Origin: Thermoproteota archaeon
Lineage (GTDB): Archaea; Asgardarchaeota; Njordarchaeia; Njordarchaeales; Panguiarchaeaceae
Reading direction: 5' to 3'
Assembly (NCBI GenBank): GCA_024720975.1
Contig: JANJXX010000003.1
Span: 1-64,000, forward strand
Length of the DNA stretch: 64,000 bases
The first letter of the stretch is position 1, and every line of letters starts with the position of its first letter. Shown one piece after another: positions 58,848 through 64,000 of the stretch. The notes below the pieces were generated by a model. It ran no database searches. It was not told the origin of the DNA and worked only from the letters and a program-made list of their open reading frames with translations. The position numbers and the translations under genes are program-made.

Positions 58848-60230
58848 TTAACAATTCGCATGAGAAACATTCCCATTACAATATAAGATTCGGTTACAGA
58901 TTTTGTCGCCAGATACTTTCACCACATATTCCGCCACAAGATCAATAAGTTTAGCTCTCTTCTCAGGATCCAATCTAGTGTCTAGGGATGCCTCGATTTG
59001 TATAACTCTAACCTGCGACAGTGAGCTATATCTCGTAACTGTATGTTTCCCTGCTAGTCCGAAGTCATTAACCCCAACGGTAAATTCTTTCTCCAGTGTC
59101 CTTTTTAGTTCAACGCATTTATCTTCAAACCCGCTGATACTCCTGCCGTAATCTGTTCCAAGTACGACATCTAAGCCAAGATTTCTCATCCCATGGATGT
59201 CTAATATCAGTACCCAATCATGTAACTTTCGGAGAACCTTTATTAAGTTCGTTATAAGTTCGTGATACTTCCTGTATACCCTTTTAGCATCGTCATCCTG
59301 AGGCTCATACGGCCGATTCAATTCGACGAAATTTCTGTACGCTCTACTTAAAACCCCCGATGGCAATATATGCCAATTGCTTAATTCGAAAGTTCTTCTA
59401 ATAATTCCCTCTGCTATATCGAGTGTGAAGCTATCCCCAAGCAGTCCTTGGTGAGCTGGCACGTTAGTAGGTCGGAGAAGTCCACCATGAGGTGCTGTAA
59501 TTATAACTGGTGAATTTCCAATAATCCACTTAATGTAAAGGTCACTTGAAAACTCAGAGTAACTGAATAGATAATTGCATATGCAATAAGAGTCAGGATA
59601 TTTGATGGATGTTGCTTTAAGTCCATAACCTTTCTTGTCTTTGCGAAAATAAATCTTAGCACTAATGGGTTCTGCTTTGATCATATTTTCTGCGGGAGTT
59701 ATCTTTACAGTTTTTTCAGTCCATCCATCAGAGCGATCAAAATAGTCAGCAAAATAACCTAATGCATTTGGATACACCTCCCCTAGAATGATGTCGTTAT
59801 CCTTAGTAATTGATGGAAGTTCAGATTCTTTCTGCCATGTCAGTGAGAAGCCCTTAAGAATTCCTTTGATGTGTGGTAATTCGCCTGAGGCTCCCCTATG
59901 AAGTTCACATGTGAATGGATTCCAGTAGCTTGAAAGCCCCTTACTATAAACGAATATTGTCATTCTTGGATCTGCTATCTCTAATGATATCTCCTTAGGT
60001 CCTTTGAGAGCAATATAAGCACTCTTATTCAGAGCTATGCGACTACCAGCCCTATTAGCAATCAAATCCATTGGAGCTACCGCTAATAAGATAGCATTCT
60101 TATTACATCTAGCAATGGCTAAAGCTCCGATTTTTCTGGCTATTTTCCTCGGCACGAATATTGTTGGAAAAGTATCTATGCGTGTTCTAATGATGCTAAA
60201 CTCGCTGATGTTCATTGACACAACCGACAC
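58848..60230 (-). CDS. Multidomain protein: N-terminal beta-barrel-like + GGCT/AIG2-like + N-formylglutamate amidohydrolase-like
   Basis: C-terminal IITAPHGG, ELNRP, YH, LDIHGM, VVLGT, IQIE. Middle IFVY…GILKGFSL…ILGEVY…FDRSDG…AKIYF. Confidence 0.75.
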   Translation of the reverse strand: MSVVSMNISEFSIIRTRIDTFPTIFVPRKIARKIGALAIARCNKNAILLAVAPMDLIANRAGSRIALNKSAYIALKGPKEISLEIADPRMTIFVYSKGLSSYWNPFTCELHRGASGELPHIKGILKGFSLTWQKESELPSITKDNDIILGEVYPNALGYFADYFDRSDGWTEKTVKITPAENMIKAEPISAKIYFRKDKKGYGLKATSIKYPDSYCICNYLFSYSEFSSDLYIKWIIGNSPVIITAPHGGLLRPTNVPAHQGLLGDSFTLDIAEGIIRRTFELSNWHILPSGVLSRAYRNFVELNRPYEPQDDDAKRVYRKYHELITNLIKVLRKLHDWVLILDIHGMRNLGLDVVLGTDYGRSISGFEDKCVELKRTLEKEFTVGVNDFGLAGKHTVTRYSSLSQVRVIQIEASLDTRLDPEKRAKLIDLVAEYVVKVSGDKICNRILYCNGNVSHANC

Positions 60231-60237
60231 GTTTGGT

Positions 60238-61077
60238 CTAATCTTCTAGGATTTTCAAATCCTCTTCACTCAATCTCCATCCCATAGTGTCAATATTTTC
60301 CTTAATGTGATTTCGATTTTCCGACTTAGGTATTGCGACAACAAGGGGCTTTGAAATGAGCCAATTGAGTGCAATTTGTGCAGGAGTCTTCCCATATTTC
60401 TCCGCTAGCTTTATAACATTTCTGAGACGCAGAACTTCTCCGCGCTCAAGTGGGGTGTATGCCATTATGATTATCCCTTCTTTTTGACAGTATGGGATTA
60501 TTTCCTTTTCTGCACTACGGTCGAGTAGGCTATATTTCACTTGATTAACAACTATGTCCGTTACCGACAGGTAGCTTCTAGCTTCCTCGAGTAACTCTTT
60601 ATCAAAATTGCTAACACCAATATACCTGATTAGACCATCATTGTATAGTTTTTCCATTGCTCTCATTGTCTCTGATATGGGAATCCTAGGATTGGGCCAG
60701 TGCACTAGGTATAAGTCTATATAGTCAGTTTGAAGTCTCCGCAAGCTACCCTCTGCTGCCTTAACAAGTTTGTTATAGCTTAAATTTTCGGGTTTAACCT
60801 TAGTAGTTATAAAAACTTCCTCTCTGGAAAAACCCCTTAATGATTTACCTACAAGTTCCTCGGAATGGCCAGCCCCGTACAATTCTGCTGTATCTATTAG
60901 AGCTAGTCCTACTTTTTCTATACTGTACCCAATCCCGAATTTCAGTGCATCAATCCACAACGAATCCTTGCTATAATTTGGAGCGTAATTCCCTCCTATT
61001 CTCCACGTACCCATACCGATAGCTGGGATTTTGTCCATCGATCCCTTAATGGGTTTCAGATCTGAAGTATCTATCAT
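60238..61077 (-). CDS. Aldo/keto reductase
   Basis: IGMGTW, IDTAELYG, TTKV, DYIDLYLVHWP, IGVSNF, NQVKYS, AYTPL, AIPKS. Confidence 0.95.
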   Translation of the reverse strand: MIDTSDLKPIKGSMDKIPAIGMGTWRIGGNYAPNYSKDSLWIDALKFGIGYSIEKVGLALIDTAELYGAGHSEELVGKSLRGFSREEVFITTKVKPENLSYNKLVKAAEGSLRRLQTDYIDLYLVHWPNPRIPISETMRAMEKLYNDGLIRYIGVSNFDKELLEEARSYLSVTDIVVNQVKYSLLDRSAEKEIIPYCQKEGIIIMAYTPLERGEVLRLRNVIKLAEKYGKTPAQIALNWLISKPLVVAIPKSENRNHIKENIDTMGWRLSEEDLKILED

Positions 61078-61106
61078 CTAAGTTCTCCGCAATTTACCAA
61101 TTTTGA

Positions 61107-62987
61107 CTATTCAAGCCCAAGGCGATTTCTTATCTTTTTGACTAGTGGTATTGCGTCTTCTAAGCCTAGGTTCCTGAGGACTTCTGGTTTTGATACCCCG
61201 TATTCATCATATCCTATACCCTCGTAGTAAGCTTTCTTTAGTTCATTTACCTCTTGCTCATTAGCTTTCTTACCTTTGTGTGGGCCGCTCGGCAAAGGTT
61301 CATAAAACCTTGGTGGGTTGTCATCATGGACACGCGGATCCCATTGTATGTCTGGCCCTCCTAGCAATAGTAAAAGTCTTTGAATGTGTATTATGCGCGG
61401 CGCTGTCTGGTTTATCCATTCCTCCACAGTCATATTCCAGCCGGTAACTGAGTTTAGGAATTGTATTAATACATCAAAGTTTGTCCAGTACGTGAATGAA
61501 CATATCACTGCAGAATCAGTAAAAACGGCCTCTATCTCTCCCGCTGGTACTTTAGGATCACTGAAAGCCGCTGATGTATGATCTCCACCTTGGACGGATA
61601 CAGCATATCCTATTGGGGATGGGTAATCCTCTCCACTTCTTATTCCATGAGCGCCAACGGCTATACCCTTCACTTCGACAGCAAACCTTGCAGCGTCTAT
61701 GCCCTTGATTTTGCCGATTATCCTTGCAGCTCTGTGTGTTCCCTCGGCCAAAACGCCACCTATACCTTCTCTATTTGCTATCATTTGCATCAACTTAGCA
61801 AATGCATCGGTATCTCCCCACCTAAGCTCAAAGCCAACATCATTTTTGCTCAAAATTCCTTTCTCATATAACTCTGCTGCGAAGCCTAAAACATTTCCCG
61901 TGTTTATAGCATCAAGACCTAGTTCATCAGCTAGGTATGATAGGTATATTATCTCCTCAGGTTTGAATATTCCCAGGTTTGTCCCGAGATACGCCGCTAG
62001 TTCATAGTCTGGTGCGTCAGTCTTAGCACCCTTATATTTTCCATGACGTATGTAAGATATTTTCATGCAAGTAACTGGGCAACCATAATCACCCCAGTAC
62101 TTCTTTACCCAATAGCCCAACTCGAAGTTTACAACACTGATCTCTTTCCTATCATGCCACTCCTCTTGCCAGTTTCGAATAGGCTCACTTGAGGTTCTGT
62201 ACCCAAATTCATAGCCACCAGCTCCTGTGCCCCATGCTCTAAACGTTGTAATTTCTAGTAACTGATGTTGAATATCCCTAAGCAGTTTCTTATACTCCTC
62301 AAAATTTGCTACAGGTGGCAGAGGCCCATTTCCTTTGACAACAATTGCTTTTAAGTTCTTTGATCCCGCTACGGCACCGTATCCTCCATAACCTGCCGCG
62401 TGAACGAATTTTGCCATAATAGATGCAAATCTAACCTTTCTCTCTCCACCTCTTCCTATATAGAGAATCGCTGGTTCTTTCGGCAATCCACTTCTCCCTG
62501 CTAATTCTATCACCTCCCTGTGTGATTCACTCATTAACTCTGAGAGAAAGTCACTGGGACCTCTTCCCCAATATTTCCGAGCATCTTTAATATCGACATG
62601 GTCATCAACTAGTAAGATATACTTCGGCTCTTCCGCTCTTCCTCTGATAATCATTCCATCATAACCAGCTGCTTTGAGCTCAATAGCTACCTCACTTGAG
62701 ATTGTAGAACCCACCACACCATTGCTCTCAGGCGACTTGCCAGTTATACAGAGCTTTATTCCAGGATAGTAGCCTGAGAGAGGCCCTGTGAGAATCAACA
62801 ACAAATTCTCAGGACCAAGAGGATCTATTTCCTCCCACTTATCCCCAAGCTCTTTCCAGAGAATGTATGTTCCTAATCCTCGACCTCCGAGCCAATTCCT
62901 GTACACACCTTCTGAAAACTCCTTGACTCTTATCTTCTCCCTAGATAGATCTACTTCAAGGATCTTGCCAGTAAATCCATATGGCAT
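61107..62987 (-). CDS. wor5: Tungsten-pterin oxidoreductase, AOR family, WOR5-type large subunit
   Basis: LGGRGLG, KSPESNG, HAAGYGGYGAV.GSKNLKA, DYGCPVTC, DAPDYE, DELGLD, GGDHTS, DNPPRFYEPLPSGP. Closely resembles Pyrococcus WOR5 as recalled. Confidence 0.88.
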   Translation of the reverse strand: MPYGFTGKILEVDLSREKIRVKEFSEGVYRNWLGGRGLGTYILWKELGDKWEEIDPLGPENLLLILTGPLSGYYPGIKLCITGKSPESNGVVGSTISSEVAIELKAAGYDGMIIRGRAEEPKYILLVDDHVDIKDARKYWGRGPSDFLSELMSESHREVIELAGRSGLPKEPAILYIGRGGERKVRFASIMAKFVHAAGYGGYGAVAGSKNLKAIVVKGNGPLPPVANFEEYKKLLRDIQHQLLEITTFRAWGTGAGGYEFGYRTSSEPIRNWQEEWHDRKEISVVNFELGYWVKKYWGDYGCPVTCMKISYIRHGKYKGAKTDAPDYELAAYLGTNLGIFKPEEIIYLSYLADELGLDAINTGNVLGFAAELYEKGILSKNDVGFELRWGDTDAFAKLMQMIANREGIGGVLAEGTHRAARIIGKIKGIDAARFAVEVKGIAVGAHGIRSGEDYPSPIGYAVSVQGGDHTSAAFSDPKVPAGEIEAVFTDSAVICSFTYWTNFDVLIQFLNSVTGWNMTVEEWINQTAPRIIHIQRLLLLLGGPDIQWDPRVHDDNPPRFYEPLPSGPHKGKKANEQEVNELKKAYYEGIGYDEYGVSKPEVLRNLGLEDAIPLVKKIRNRLGLE

Positions 62988-62998
62988 CCGAGATCACT

Positions 62999-63532
62999 TT
63001 AATCAAACATTTTCTTAGACAACGCCAAGCTCTTTTCCCTAGGATCACCTGCAAATGTACTGAACACTGGACGATACAACCCCCTGTAAAGTTTTAGAGC
63101 ATTGTAGCCGGCTTCATTACATATCTTCACGCACTTAGGCTCGCCATTGCATAGATCACATATTACAACAGTCTTCTTGCCCTTCGGAATTCTCGGAACT
63201 TTCCCAGGACACGCTTCTATGCACTTACCACATCCAATACATTTCTGATCATCTACTATAACAGCGCCAGTCGCCTCATTGACACTAAGAGCCCCGACTG
63301 GACAACTTTTAACGCACGGATAATCTAAGCATTGAACACATAGATGCGGTACTGGAGCTCCATAAGCCTCCTCAAAAATCCTTATCCTCGATGCTTCTGG
63401 CCATATAGTGCCCTCATGTTCCAGAGCACAAACTACTTCGCATAGCCTACAGCCAGAGCAACTCCCATAGTCCACTAGTATCCATAATCTGTTTGCTTCT
63501 CTAACCAAGATAATCACCGACATTTTACGCAA
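62999..63532 (-). CDS. Polyferredoxin small subunit of the WOR5-type enzyme
   Basis: CSGCRLCEVVC, CVQC..YPC..CP, CIGCGKCIEACP, CDLC…C…C; directly upstream of the large subunit. Confidence 0.88.
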   Translation of the reverse strand: MRKMSVIILVREANRLWILVDYGSCSGCRLCEVVCALEHEGTIWPEASRIRIFEEAYGAPVPHLCVQCLDYPCVKSCPVGALSVNEATGAVIVDDQKCIGCGKCIEACPGKVPRIPKGKKTVVICDLCNGEPKCVKICNEAGYNALKLYRGLYRPVFSTFAGDPREKSLALSKKMFD

Positions 63533-63651
63533 ATAATTATTAGCAGAATTAGGGATTTAATAACTGCAACAACATTATGTAAATTTTTGCTATACGTAGA
63601 AAAAGCCTAAATCTGCTCATCAATTATTCAAAAAAACAAAAATTAGTTCGC

Positions 63652-64000
63652 TTAGTAGTTACCGTTACCGTCTGGCTCCAAGGCATCTGGTTCTCCATCA
63701 TACGAATCCATAAAGCAAATACCTGATATCGTTGCATTTTCAACAGTGCTTGCATTAGGATGAGGTTTAATTAGCCACTCTCCTTGCGAATCTTTGTAGA
63801 GAACTATTACACGCGTGTTGCTGTAGTCATGAAATGTCCATTGTACAGTACTTATTAACAGCACAATCTTACCAGCGAGTATATTGGGGTTCCAATCTCC
63901 TGATACTAGATAGAATCCTGGTGTATAGTAGTAAATTACCCACCAGAACATTACTATTTCAACTTCAAAGCTCATTAGAACCATGGACCATGCATCACCA
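63652..64000 (-). CDS. 3' end of a hypothetical gene running off the window
   Basis: The frame of ORF 63652..63984 stays open to position 64000 (…GDAWS-MVLM…). Confidence 0.55.
   Translation of the reverse strand, partial: GDAWSMVLMSFEVEIVMFWWVIYYYTPGFYLVSGDWNPNILAGKIVLLISTVQWTFHDYSNTRVIVLYKDSQGEWLIKPHPNASTVENATISGICFMDSYDGEPDALEPDGNGNY

Noticed and set aside
1-64000. tRNA/rRNA genes, integrase or provirus, cas genes
   Set aside because: No GC-rich cloverleaf or rRNA-like tract in the intergenic regions and no integrase, capsid or Cas motifs in the ORF track; tRNAscan-SE/Infernal would be decisive.

Overview
64 kb from a thermophile-like anaerobic archaeon (about 40% GC by eye, GGTGA-type RBSs, ATGA overlaps). 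The gene content suggests a TACK/Asgard-type lineage such as Njordarchaeia; this is inference only. It is mostly metabolic. (1) A tightly coupled 10-gene operon interleaves a four-subunit 2-oxoacid:ferredoxin oxidoreductase with Mvh hydrogenase and heterodisulfide reductase (korD-korA-korB-mvhD-mvhG-mvhA-korC-hdrC-hdrB-hdrA). (2) A soluble Sdh/Frd/Tfr-like pair is followed by a group 3b sulfhydrogenase (hydBGDA). (3) NAD genes pncB, nadA and nadC. (4) Histidine utilisation: hutH with unusual inserts, hutU, and a three-domain formylglutamate-amidohydrolase-like fusion. (5) WOR5-type tungsten oxidoreductase, acyl-CoA synthetase alpha, TldD/PmbA, transporters and surface proteins. Accessory elements are a frameshifted tnpB remnant, a solitary CRISPR repeat with its own TATA box, a GC-mosaic type II R-M pair and an orphan PD-(D/E)xK-like gene. 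The best leads are the Kor-Mvh-Hdr operon (possibly coupled to the Tfr-like pair), a candidate +1 programmed frameshift (TTT_TTT_CGA_TGA) joining a ChlI-like ATPase to a vWA ORF, the GGCT-FGase fusion, the HutH insert and the orphan CRISPR repeat. No rRNA or tRNA was seen. All calls come from motif recognition by eye; no searches were run.
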